DNA of 64,000 nucleotides from NCBI GenBank assembly GCA_965222375.1, contig CBDCTZ010000014.1:864001-928000 (forward strand), written 5' to 3'. A program made the translations under genes and the position numbers. The stretch's first letter is position 1; each line of letters starts with the position of its first letter. This document shows positions 50,858 to 60,401 of this stretch, piece by piece. Source of the stretch: Polyangiaceae bacterium. GTDB lineage: Bacteria > Myxococcota_A > Polyangia > Polyangiales > Polyangiaceae. The notes under the pieces were generated by a model. It was not told where the DNA came from, ran no database searches, and worked only from the letters and a program-made list of their open reading frames with translations.

Positions 50858-52036
50858 ATGGCCAACATCGGCTACATCCAGGTCGTTCGGCACTGCAATC
50901 ACTTCTGCGGCTTCTGCTCCAATCCGACGACACCCTACGAGCACACCTTCGAAACCATGAAGGAGCTCGTCGACGACTTCGTCGAGCGTGACTACTTCGG
51001 GGTCATCTTGACCGGCGGTGAGCCCAGCCTGCACCCGGAGCTGCCGCGCATCACCGAATATGCGCGCCAGTGTGGTCTGCACGTGCGCATGATCACCAAC
51101 GGGACCCGGCTGGCCGAGCCGGAGTTCGCCAAGCAGCTGGCGGATGCGGGGCTGGAGCTGGTCCACGTCTCCGTGTACTCGGTGCGCCCCGAGGTCGAAG
51201 CGAAGATCCGTGGCGTGGCGGGCACCGTGGAGCGAGCCATGCTGGCGATAGAAAACGCCCATCGCTTCGGCATCGACGTGAACGTCAACTGCGTCATCAA
51301 TCGCATGAACGCCGATCACCTCGATGACAACATCCGCTACTTCATCGAGCACCACCCGTACATTCGCCACTTCGTGTGGAACAACCTCGATCCGAGCATG
51401 GGCCGAGCCGAGGTGAATCAAGAAGAGTTCACCCCGAAGCTGGCGGAGTTCGAAAGCTCCCTGTATCGGGCGCTAGCCTTGCTGCATCAGTCCGGGCGCA
51501 CCTTCCGCGTGGAACGCGTGCCGCTTTGCTACATGACGGAGTTTGCCTGGGCCAGCACGGAGACGCGCAAGATCGTGAAGGGCGAGGAGCGCATCGTGCA
51601 TTTCTTGGATGCCAAGCAGACCGTGCGCCAAACCAGCTGGGGGCACATCTATTCCGAGGGCTGTGGGCGCTGCAGCTTGCGCACGATTTGCGGTGGGCTC
51701 TTCGATCGCGGCGACGCCTACGATCCCGCAGAGCTCGCGCCCGTCTTCGTTTCCCGGGATGCGATCGTCAAACACGTGCTCTTCGACGGCACGGATCCGA
51801 CCGCGCGCTTCGCGAGCTTCGAGGAGTGGCGCGAGGATTTCGAGGCTCGCTGCGAAGAAACCCTCGCGGGGGCTCACTCCAAAGATCCGCGCCCGGCGGA
51901 CGCGCCCCCCGTGGGCGTGGTGAATGAGTCCAGCTTGAAGCGCTACGCCAAGCGCCGTGGCGGTGAAGCGAAACGCGCCGAGCGCCAGGGCGTTGCGTTG
52001 GAGCAGGAAGCGGAAGTGGATCCTCCGGTGCGTTAG
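50858..52036 (+). CDS. Radical SAM protein with C-terminal Cys cluster
   Basis: CNHFCGFC, TGGEP, ITNG, VPLC, C..C.....C.G. Confidence 0.9.
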   Translation: MANIGYIQVVRHCNHFCGFCSNPTTPYEHTFETMKELVDDFVERDYFGVILTGGEPSLHPELPRITEYARQCGLHVRMITNGTRLAEPEFAKQLADAGLELVHVSVYSVRPEVEAKIRGVAGTVERAMLAIENAHRFGIDVNVNCVINRMNADHLDDNIRYFIEHHPYIRHFVWNNLDPSMGRAEVNQEEFTPKLAEFESSLYRALALLHQSGRTFRVERVPLCYMTEFAWASTETRKIVKGEERIVHFLDAKQTVRQTSWGHIYSEGCGRCSLRTICGGLFDRGDAYDPAELAPVFVSRDAIVKHVLFDGTDPTARFASFEEWREDFEARCEETLAGAHSKDPRPADAPPVGVVNESSLKRYAKRRGGEAKRAERQGVALEQEAEVDPPVR

Positions 52037-52984
52037 CTGCACGTGGCGCGATGGCCGCGGCCGCCTGCTTCTCGGTGTCGGTCACGCGGGTTTTTCATTT
52101 CACTTGGCAGCACCGCGTGCCTTTGGGGGCTGCGCGCGCTGCTCGGAGTCCCGACGGGGATGACCGCAAGCTGTGCCCCAGGCGGAGCTTTGGCTGCCGG
52201 TCCCGTGGTCAGCGAGATTCTGCGCTTCTGACGAGGGTTCGGTGGAACACTCCCCTGGCATGTTCCGTGCGTAGCTCCCCTTCGACCGAATCGGCTATCC
52301 TTGGATCTGGTGGACATGGCAGGTGGGTTTTCCTACGCGCCGCCGAAGACAGAGTGGCGGATCGTGAATCCGTGAATCCGAATTGGTGGTCAGACAGCGG
52401 AACTGTGGCGGCGCCAGAGGTGTTGGTGCGGGGACTCCGCTTCACGGGGAACACGGAGAAAGGGAGGTAGAGGAAGCCGGAACCGGATTCCGCAGCGTGG
52501 CTGCTGGTGGCGCGTCGGTTGCGCTTGTTGCGGGTGACGCTCACCGCGCGGGTTGGCGTAAGCGTTGCTGGTGCGCGCCATGGTTGCGACCCACGCCCGC
52601 GAAGCAGCCGAGATCACGATGCTCTTGCTCGTCGTCGCGTCCGGGTTGTTGAGCGCGCTCGGAATCTTCGCACTGATTGGAATTTCCTTGCGACAACAGG
52701 GCGCAGCTAGCTGGGCCCTTATCGGCGCTGTCGCGGCAGTCGCGGTTTCGGTGGCCCTGGACGGGATGGCTGCTTCTCGAGCGCTGGATGTCGTTTCTGG
52801 CCGTGCGTGGTTTGCAACTGGCGCCGGCCGCGTGACAAGATCGGTCTATCCTTCGTATCCGTTCAGCGAATCGCGTCACTGACAGGGTAGGCTGATTCGT
52901 GGCACCATCGCGGGACGGCTCGGAAGATGTGGAGCCGGTGCTGTTGTGCGCGCCTGGAAGCCCCTCCATGCTATGTTACCCTGG

Positions 52985-54661
52985 ATGTCTAGAGCTGTTG
53001 GTTGCGGTTGCCTGATCCTGCTCGGCCTGTGCTCTTGCGGAAGCTCGAATGAAACGGGCGATGGAAGTCCTGGGGCCGGGGGAACTGCTGGCAGCGGCGC
53101 GACCGGCGGCGAGGGGGCCACGGCTGGTAGCGGTGGTGCTGGTGCAGGCTCTGGCGCCACAGGTGGTGCGGCAGGCTTTGGTGCCACAGGTGGTGCGGCA
53201 GGCTCTGGCGCCACAGGTGGTGCGGCAGGCTCTGGCGCCTCGAGCGGGGCCGCGTTCACCACCTATCTAGGGGGCGGGCAATTCGAGCAGGTTCGAGATG
53301 TCGCTGTCGACGCCGCAGGCAACATCTATGTGACGGGTGGCACCAGCTCACCCAACTTCCCCACAACTACTGGCGTCGTGCAGCCCGCGATCCATCCGGG
53401 GCCCCCGTCCAACCCATCGATCGACAACCTGGATGTCTTCGTGGTCAAGCTCGATCCGTCGGGCAAGTTGTTGTGGAGCACCTACCTCGGCGGTCCCAAC
53501 TACGACCGGGCGTACGCTATTGGTGTCGATTCCGGGGGGAGCGTCTATGTAGGCGGCAGGGCCGGGGCGGGCTTCCCGGTCTCAACCGGCGCTTTCCAGA
53601 CCCAGTTCAACGGAGGTCAGTCGGCGTCCTTTTATGGCCCCCAGGACGGCTTCGTGTGCAAGCTGAAGCCTGATGGAAAGGCGATCATCTTCTGCAGCTA
53701 CTTCGGGACCAGCGACCCTTGGATTGTACGTGACATCGCTGTCGATTCAGCGGGCGACGTCTATCTCGCGTCTGCACGAGCATCGGGCAGCTACCCAACC
53801 GCTGTGGCCTCTAAGTTCGTGAATTCGCCCTTGGGGGGCGATGACGCCGTGATCGCAAAAGTGGCGAGCGACGGCTCGCAAGTGAAATGGGCCAGCTATG
53901 CTGGAGGGTCCGCCAAAGAGTTCCACGAGAACTCTGTTCGTTTGGACTCCAAGGATAACCCGGTCCTGGCATTCACCACTGAATCGTCGAATGTTCAAAC
54001 AAGTGCGAACGCTTTCGACAAGACCTACGCAGGCGGTGGTGACATATTTGTCACCCGTTTCGACCCCACCAACGGCTCCTTCGTCTGGGGGGCATATGTT
54101 GGTGGCACCGGCAACGAGTCGCTGGAGACCCATGAGCTTGCCGTTGATCAAAACGGTGAGATCTTCTTGGCCGCTCCCACGACTTCCCCCGATTTCCCGG
54201 TGACGCCAGGAGTGTTCCAGCCCAGCTACGGCGGTGGCGGTAATGATATGTTCATCGCCCGCATTGCCTCGGACGGAACCAAACTCATTGCCAGTACCTT
54301 CCTAGGCGGCACCAAGAACGATCGCCCCGAGGGCTGCGATCTCGGTCCGGCCGGCCTCTACTTCACGGGCACCACCACCTCGCCCAACTTCCCCACGACC
54401 TCTCAGGCCGCCTCATCCAATCTGGGCGGTACCCGCGATGCGGTGGCGGTGGTGATCTCCAGGGATCTGAAGCAACTCGTCTATTCGAGTTTCGTAGGGG
54501 GCTCGAAGATTGATGTGGGCCGAGCCGCCCGCGTGGCGCCCGCAGGAACATTTGTTCTCGGAGGACAAACCGATTCCGGCAACTTGAGCACCCTGAACGC
54601 TTACCAGCCGAACTACGGGGGAGGCACCGCCGATGGCTTTATCGCGGCGTTTGTGCCGTGA
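52985..54661 (+). CDS. SBBP beta-propeller repeat lipoprotein
   Basis: LCSC lipobox; repeated STYLGG...D....AVD..G..YV.G.T.S.NFP. Confidence 0.88.
   Translation: MSRAVGCGCLILLGLCSCGSSNETGDGSPGAGGTAGSGATGGEGATAGSGGAGAGSGATGGAAGFGATGGAAGSGATGGAAGSGASSGAAFTTYLGGGQFEQVRDVAVDAAGNIYVTGGTSSPNFPTTTGVVQPAIHPGPPSNPSIDNLDVFVVKLDPSGKLLWSTYLGGPNYDRAYAIGVDSGGSVYVGGRAGAGFPVSTGAFQTQFNGGQSASFYGPQDGFVCKLKPDGKAIIFCSYFGTSDPWIVRDIAVDSAGDVYLASARASGSYPTAVASKFVNSPLGGDDAVIAKVASDGSQVKWASYAGGSAKEFHENSVRLDSKDNPVLAFTTESSNVQTSANAFDKTYAGGGDIFVTRFDPTNGSFVWGAYVGGTGNESLETHELAVDQNGEIFLAAPTTSPDFPVTPGVFQPSYGGGGNDMFIARIASDGTKLIASTFLGGTKNDRPEGCDLGPAGLYFTGTTTSPNFPTTSQAASSNLGGTRDAVAVVISRDLKQLVYSSFVGGSKIDVGRAARVAPAGTFVLGGQTDSGNLSTLNAYQPNYGGGTADGFIAAFVP
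53144..53239 (+). repeat. 27-bp coding tandem repeat (~3.5 copies) encoding AGSGATGGA
   Basis: GCAGGCTCTGGCGCCACAGGTGGTGCG at 53144, 53171 (2 substitutions), 53198, partial at 53225. Confidence 0.9.
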
Positions 54662-54967
54662 ACCACCGAGGCCGTAGCGTTCGAAGGTCGATGCCGAGTA
54701 CCACGCCTCGTCATCGATGCACTTGCGCAGATGAAGTCATCCGGCTCGAGGAGACCAAGATCGAGTAGCGCGAAGCGCTCACGGACGTTCAGATTAGCGA
54801 GACCTACCTCGCAGCAAGAAGCGCTTTGAGCCAGGCCGGGTTTCGGTGACTGGTCGCTGTTCTCCCCAAGGCTCGCGCCCCCTTTGGATCCGGGTTCCCA
54901 AGCCAACTTTCCGATCCTACCGGTGCAGCGGCGTTGTCGGCTCGGACCAGTGCTACTCTCGCCAACG

Positions 54968-55720
54968 ATGCCGAACCCTATCGAGCTCGCGTTCGCTTGT
55001 TTGGAACCTGCGTTCGGCGCTGCGGCAGTCCGCCGACAGGGTTCCACCCGAGCGACGGTAGAGTTTCAGGGACACTACGTATCGATCGTGTGTACCCGTC
55101 ACACGCAAGACGAGTACCGGTCCTTTTGCCTCATGCAAGTGTCGCTTCCTCTCGCCCTTCGCGGAGCTCTGTCCTTCCGCTGCTTCGAACGGGCGAACAC
55201 CGACTACCGGGGGAACGTTGAGGTCCATGTGGGCGTACCGGAGATCGATCAAACCAAGATCGTCGTGGGGCGACCGGCGGAAGTGATCCGGCAGGCGTTT
55301 CAAAATCGTGACCTAGTGTCATTCATCTTGACCCAGTTTGTATCGCGTACCTTGGAGGTAAGCGAACAGTCGCTGTTTGTGGAATACGTGCTTCCGAACT
55401 GGGGGGAAATCAAGGCGGGCAAAAAGCCGATCACCCCTGAGCTCTTGCGAGCCTTTGTTGAGGGGCTGGCGGTCGCGCACGCGGCGTTCTCGACGAGCTA
55501 TGAGTCACACCTCTTACACCTCCAAAACGAGGGCGGGCCGGCGGCGGTTCGGGCCTTCCTGAACCAAGCGCGACATGACGTGAACGTCGAAGCGAAACGC
55601 CGAGCGCGTGGACGCCTGATATTCAATCTCTCTCTGGGCGGCATACTGCTATTTTTCCTGCTGGTGACCGCTGGGATTCTCGCCGTTGTGTTTTTCGCCA
55701 CTGGGTTTCTTCACTTTTGA
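54968..55720 (+). CDS. Hypothetical protein with C-terminal TM anchor
   Basis: Long ORF with a hydrophobic C-terminal helix. Confidence 0.6.
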   Translation: MPNPIELAFACLEPAFGAAAVRRQGSTRATVEFQGHYVSIVCTRHTQDEYRSFCLMQVSLPLALRGALSFRCFERANTDYRGNVEVHVGVPEIDQTKIVVGRPAEVIRQAFQNRDLVSFILTQFVSRTLEVSEQSLFVEYVLPNWGEIKAGKKPITPELLRAFVEGLAVAHAAFSTSYESHLLHLQNEGGPAAVRAFLNQARHDVNVEAKRRARGRLIFNLSLGGILLFFLLVTAGILAVVFFATGFLHF

Positions 55721-57645
55721 AGTTCAGTCGTACCCGTATCTAGGCAGCGGTGCTGAATGTCGGAACTCGATTGGTCGGCCTTTGGGCAGGCTTCAGAACT
55801 TCCCCATCCGCCCCCTGTCCGCCCCTGCTTGATGCGTTTGCGGACTTCGGCGTGCTCCCGTTTTCGTTCGCGTAGTTCTTCCGGACTCGCACCGGCGGCG
55901 CGTAGCAGTTCGAGGCTCGCCTTGAAGTAGGCTTCCGAGCCGAAGTCCCTCTGGCGCATGATCTCGAGGACCTTGTCGTATGCCGCGAGAGCGCCCGGCA
56001 GCCATCCGGTTTTTGGGATCTCGAGACCCGGATTCATCAGACGCAAGGACGCGAACCTGCCCAGGAACATCATGCGGCGGTCGAGATCATAGCTCTCGCT
56101 GGCTTCAATCAACGCTCCGCGAGTCCGCGGTTGGTTGAGCAGCGCCTCGGTCCGGCGCTGCTGATGGATATAAAGGTTGATGTCCTGCAGCGATGGCTTG
56201 TCTTGCGGGGACGGGGCCGGGCGCTCGGTTTCCAGTTTCAGCAAGGTCTTTTCGCCCGCTTCGAAGGCGACCAGGGTCCACTGGTCTGCGTGGCCTCTCA
56301 GAGCTTTGCGGAGTTTCTCGCTGCTCTGCTTGTCCAATCGCGCATGGAGCTGCCGTGCACGATCCAAGCTCTTCTTGGCGCGCCGCGCTGACTCCTGGGC
56401 AATGACGTCGAAGCCCGCTGCAGAAAACCGCGGCGCCGCCCAGCCGTAGCTCAGCGCCAGGCATGCCTCGGCGGTCAGGCGATCTGCGTCCGTCGCCCGA
56501 GGTGCGCGCCGTTCGTAGCGAGCGATGGCGCCGGCCATGACGCTCAGCCCGCGCGACGAGAGCACGGGCATCAGCTCCACTTCGCTGCTGCCCGTGGGCG
56601 TGGTTAAGGTCACGGTTCGAGTCAGAAGTCCGCGCGGCCGGAGCACGCATTCCGGATCTCGGTCGATGTCGGCCGCAACGCTTCCGAAGGACAGCGCCGA
56701 AAGCAGCTCAGGGTCGAGCACGGCCCAACTCAGATCGCCGAAGCCCGTGGCGTCGACACCAGCCCGCCGCCCACCTCTTCGCTGGCCCGGCGCCGCCGCG
56801 CGGCGCTCGCTGAAGAGCGGAACGTCTCCCGACTCGAAGACGTCCTTGTTCGGCGGGTATTGGAAGTCCGCTGTCGCCGCAGCGTCGAAGCGGGGTTTCG
56901 GCCCCGAGCTGATCTGGGGCAGGGCCGGCAGAATGCCATGAGCCCGGGCGTAGGCCTCGATGAGCTGTTCGGGATCGATCTTCTTTCCGCCCGAGTCGAC
57001 GCGGGCACCGTTTGCCAGATCCGTCTCGATGCCGTCCTCGGTCCAGGTGGCTGTCACATGCGTCGTGCCGCTCTGATTGACGCCGCCCCAGAAGCGAAGC
57101 GACAGGCCGTCTCTCTGCTTTGCGTCGTACAGGCACGCCGCAATCAATTGCGTGGTCGGCCCGCAGGCACCGACCTTCGCCAGCAGCATGTCGCTCATTC
57201 GATTGACGGCCATGGAGTAGGCGTAAGAAGAGAACGTATCCGTCACGGCCGGCACGACCTCTTGCCGTTTCAACCGCGTGCGAAGCTCGGTGCAGCGCTG
57301 GTCGAACAAGCGGCGCGCCTTGGGCGCATCCAGCGCGATCCGTGCTTCCTCTGCGTCGAGGGCGTCTGCATGGAGCAAGAAATCTCCCAAGACCAAACCC
57401 CCCACCTTACGGGCGGCTAGTGCTTCCTCCACGAGTTGGCGCCGAGCGCGATCGATCTCGGCCTTGCTTCGGAACTTCACCGCTTGGCTCGGGCCTCCGG
57501 TCGCGGTCTGTGCGGATTCGTGCTTCCCGGAAATCGCACCCTTCAGCCACGACCAACCACGCTCTGCCCCCATGGGTGCGAAGTGGATCAACACCGATAG
57601 CGACGCGGTGGCGGCGAGGATGGTGGTGGAAGAGGGGCGGCGCAT
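55711..57645 (-). CDS. Hypothetical 644-aa protein with possible transglutaminase-like Cys-His-Asp triad
   Basis: N-terminal hydrophobic anchor; GAC...THV...TD spacing. Confidence 0.55.
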   Translation of the reverse strand: MRRPSSTTILAATASLSVLIHFAPMGAERGWSWLKGAISGKHESAQTATGGPSQAVKFRSKAEIDRARRQLVEEALAARKVGGLVLGDFLLHADALDAEEARIALDAPKARRLFDQRCTELRTRLKRQEVVPAVTDTFSSYAYSMAVNRMSDMLLAKVGACGPTTQLIAACLYDAKQRDGLSLRFWGGVNQSGTTHVTATWTEDGIETDLANGARVDSGGKKIDPEQLIEAYARAHGILPALPQISSGPKPRFDAAATADFQYPPNKDVFESGDVPLFSERRAAAPGQRRGGRRAGVDATGFGDLSWAVLDPELLSALSFGSVAADIDRDPECVLRPRGLLTRTVTLTTPTGSSEVELMPVLSSRGLSVMAGAIARYERRAPRATDADRLTAEACLALSYGWAAPRFSAAGFDVIAQESARRAKKSLDRARQLHARLDKQSSEKLRKALRGHADQWTLVAFEAGEKTLLKLETERPAPSPQDKPSLQDINLYIHQQRRTEALLNQPRTRGALIEASESYDLDRRMMFLGRFASLRLMNPGLEIPKTGWLPGALAAYDKVLEIMRQRDFGSEAYFKASLELLRAAGASPEELRERKREHAEVRKRIKQGRTGGGWGSSEACPKADQSSSDIQHRCLDTGTTELQK

Positions 57646-57770
57646 TGGGGGAATCGGGTCGGGACTGCAGGCTTCGACACCTCTAATACGCCGGAGTTTC
57701 CAGGGCTGATCCCGTCGCGCACGGGCATTTTCGTCGGTTTTCGGCGCTGATCCTCGTCATTGCCCTCCAG

Positions 57771-57786
57771 CCTACCAAGTGGTAGG
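57771..57786. promoter_or_regulatory. Palindrome, candidate TetR operator
   Basis: CCTACCA-AG-TGGTAGG, ~25 bp upstream of the TetR gene. Confidence 0.6.
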
Positions 57787-57810
57787 TAAACCCCGAACGA
57801 CCGGTCAGCC

Positions 57811-58491
57811 ATGCAGCCCGCCGAAAGCCGCAGTGAATCCCGCAGCTCCGACATGCGATCGGAGATTCTGACAGCCGCAACCCGGCTATTTGCCCAGCGG
57901 GGCTACGACGGCACGTCGCTGCAGAACATCGCGGACGCCGTCGGCATCAAGAAGCCATCCCTGCTCCACCATTTCGAGAGCAAAGACGCCATGCGTCAGG
58001 CCGTGCTGGACGAGTTGCTGGATCGCTGGCGGGAGACGCTGCCTCGGCTGATGATCGCCGCCACGGCGGGGCACGGTCAGTTCGACGCGGTCACCCGGGA
58101 GATTGTCACCTTCTTCACCGCCGATACCAATCGCGCGCGGCTGTTGATTCGAGAAGCGCTCGATCGCCCGGAAGACATGCGTCGCCGCCTGCGTCGCCAC
58201 GTAGCGCCGGTGGTTGCGAACCTCGCGGTGACGGTCAAGCGCGGGCAAGAGCGCGGCGATCTGCACGACGGCGCCGACGCCGAAGCGTATCTATTTCAAT
58301 CGATCATCTTGTTGGTGTGCGGTTCGGTCTTTTCGGAGAGCTTCAGCCCGCTATTGCCCAAGAGCAGTGAGCACGGCCGGCCGCTGGAGCGTTTGCACGC
58401 CGAGTTGCTGCGCCTGACCAAGACAGGACTTTTCGTCGCAGCAAGCGAACCAGGAACCATCGAGGGGGCAGCACTAGGAGTCAGCATATGA
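57811..58491 (+). CDS. TetR/AcrR family regulator
   Basis: ILTAATRLFAQRGYDGTSLQNIADAVGIKKPSLLHHFESK. Confidence 0.93.
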   Translation: MQPAESRSESRSSDMRSEILTAATRLFAQRGYDGTSLQNIADAVGIKKPSLLHHFESKDAMRQAVLDELLDRWRETLPRLMIAATAGHGQFDAVTREIVTFFTADTNRARLLIREALDRPEDMRRRLRRHVAPVVANLAVTVKRGQERGDLHDGADAEAYLFQSIILLVCGSVFSESFSPLLPKSSEHGRPLERLHAELLRLTKTGLFVAASEPGTIEGAALGVSI

Positions 58492-60401
58492 GCAACTTCC
58501 TCAAAGACAACGACGACCTACTTTTTTACCTAGAGCGCGGCATCGACTGGGAGTCGGTGATTGAAGTCAACGAAATGGGTCTCGGCGAAGGTCACCCGCT
58601 CGAAAGTGTCGCGGAGGGCAAGCAGCTCTATCGTGACTTGGCGGCGAGCGTCGGCGAGTTCGTGGCCGAGAAGGTGGCTCCCCACGCCTTGGAGATCGAC
58701 GCCGACGGCGTGCACTTGAAAGACGGTGAAGTCGTGCAGCCCAAGGCCATGGACGACATCATGCGCCAGATCCAAGAGCTGGAGCTGCACGGCCTGTGCA
58801 TGCCCCGGGAGCTCGGCGGCCTGAATGCGCCCTTCTTGCTCTACCTGATCAACGTGGAGTTGTTCGCGCGCGCCGACGTGTCGGTCATGGCGCACCACGG
58901 CTTCCACGGCGGCATGGCGCTGGCGATGTTGCTGCTCAGCACTCGAGAGGGCAGTACAAAGTTCGACGCCGAAACCGGTGAGATCACCGAGACCCGATTC
59001 GCCGACTACATCGAAGAGATCCGCCAGGGCAAAGCCTGGGGTTGCATGGACATCACCGAGCCCCACGCGGGCAGCGACATGGCTGCGCTCAGAGCCGTCG
59101 GAGAACAGGACGAAGCGGGCAACTGGTTTTTGACCGGGCAGAAGATCTTCATCACCTCTGGCCACGGCAAGTACCATTTCGTGATCGCTCGCACCGAGAA
59201 GCCGAGCGCTTCCGACGACCCCATGGCGGGGCTCGCTGGGCTGAGCATGTTCTTGGTGCCCACCTACGAAGACACGCCTGAAGGTCGACGTCGCATCGTC
59301 ACGCTGGATCGCGTCGAGGAAAAGATGGGCCATCACGGCTCTGCGACGGCCGCGCTGTCCTTCGAGCGTGCCCCCGCGCACTTGGTGGGCAAGCGTGGCG
59401 AAGGCTTTCAGCAGATGCTCGTGTTGATGAACAACGCCCGGCTCAGCGTGGGTTTCGAGAGTATCGGACTGTGTGAAGCCGCCTACCATCTCGCTCGGGA
59501 CTACGCTCAGGAGCGCACGTCCATGGGCAAGACCTTGGATCGCCACGAGATGATCGCCGACTACCTGGACGAGATGCACACGGACATACAAGGCTTGCGC
59601 GCCTTGGCGATGTACGGCGCCTACCACGAAGAGATGGCGCAGAAGATGAAGATCCGCCTGCGCGGGCTGCCCAATAGCGAACTCGAGCGCAAGCGCCTGG
59701 AGCGTGACATCCGCGAGCATCAGGACTGCGCGCGCGGCGTCACGCCCCTACTCAAGTACACCGCGTCGGAACGTGCCGTGGACATGGCGCGACGTGCGAT
59801 TCAGGTCCTGGGTGGCGCCGGTTACATTCGCGAGTACGGCGCGGAAAAACTACTGCGCGATGCCATGGTCATGCCCATCTACGAGGGCACGAGCCAGATC
59901 CAGTCGCTGATGGCCATGAAAGACACCCTGAGCGGCATCATGAAAAACCCCCAGGGCTTCGTGAAGCGCATCGCCCAAACCCGTTGGCGCTCCTTGTCAG
60001 CCAGCGACCCCCGGGAAAAGCGCGTTGCCAAGCTGTCGCTGATTGCCTTGTCAGCCCAGCAGCATCTGCTCACCCGTACCGCCGGCGCCAAGGTTCGCGG
60101 CTTGACCAGTAAGCCCATCTCCGAATGGACCGGCGCGCTGTTCAAGAACTGGGATCCCAAACGCGACTTCGCCCTGGCCATGCTGCACGCCGAGCGCCTC
60201 ACGCGCATTCTCAGCGACGAGGCGATCTGCGCGCGTTTGCTCGAACAAGCCAAAGAGCACCCGGACCGCGGCGACGTGCTCGATCGCTACCTCGACCGCT
60301 GCGAACCCCGCTGTCGCTTCTTGCTCGAAGAGATCACCAGCGGTGGAACTCGCTTGCTCAACCGACTCAGCGAGACGGAACCGGTCGCGGCGGCGCAGTA
60401 G
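58488..60401 (+). CDS. Acyl-CoA dehydrogenase
   Basis: ITEPHAGSD, GQKIFITSG, EEKMG.HGS.T, MNNARL, QVLGG.GY, IYEGTSQIQ; ATGA overlap with TetR. Confidence 0.95.
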   Translation: MSNFLKDNDDLLFYLERGIDWESVIEVNEMGLGEGHPLESVAEGKQLYRDLAASVGEFVAEKVAPHALEIDADGVHLKDGEVVQPKAMDDIMRQIQELELHGLCMPRELGGLNAPFLLYLINVELFARADVSVMAHHGFHGGMALAMLLLSTREGSTKFDAETGEITETRFADYIEEIRQGKAWGCMDITEPHAGSDMAALRAVGEQDEAGNWFLTGQKIFITSGHGKYHFVIARTEKPSASDDPMAGLAGLSMFLVPTYEDTPEGRRRIVTLDRVEEKMGHHGSATAALSFERAPAHLVGKRGEGFQQMLVLMNNARLSVGFESIGLCEAAYHLARDYAQERTSMGKTLDRHEMIADYLDEMHTDIQGLRALAMYGAYHEEMAQKMKIRLRGLPNSELERKRLERDIREHQDCARGVTPLLKYTASERAVDMARRAIQVLGGAGYIREYGAEKLLRDAMVMPIYEGTSQIQSLMAMKDTLSGIMKNPQGFVKRIAQTRWRSLSASDPREKRVAKLSLIALSAQQHLLTRTAGAKVRGLTSKPISEWTGALFKNWDPKRDFALAMLHAERLTRILSDEAICARLLEQAKEHPDRGDVLDRYLDRCEPRCRFLLEEITSGGTRLLNRLSETEPVAAAQ

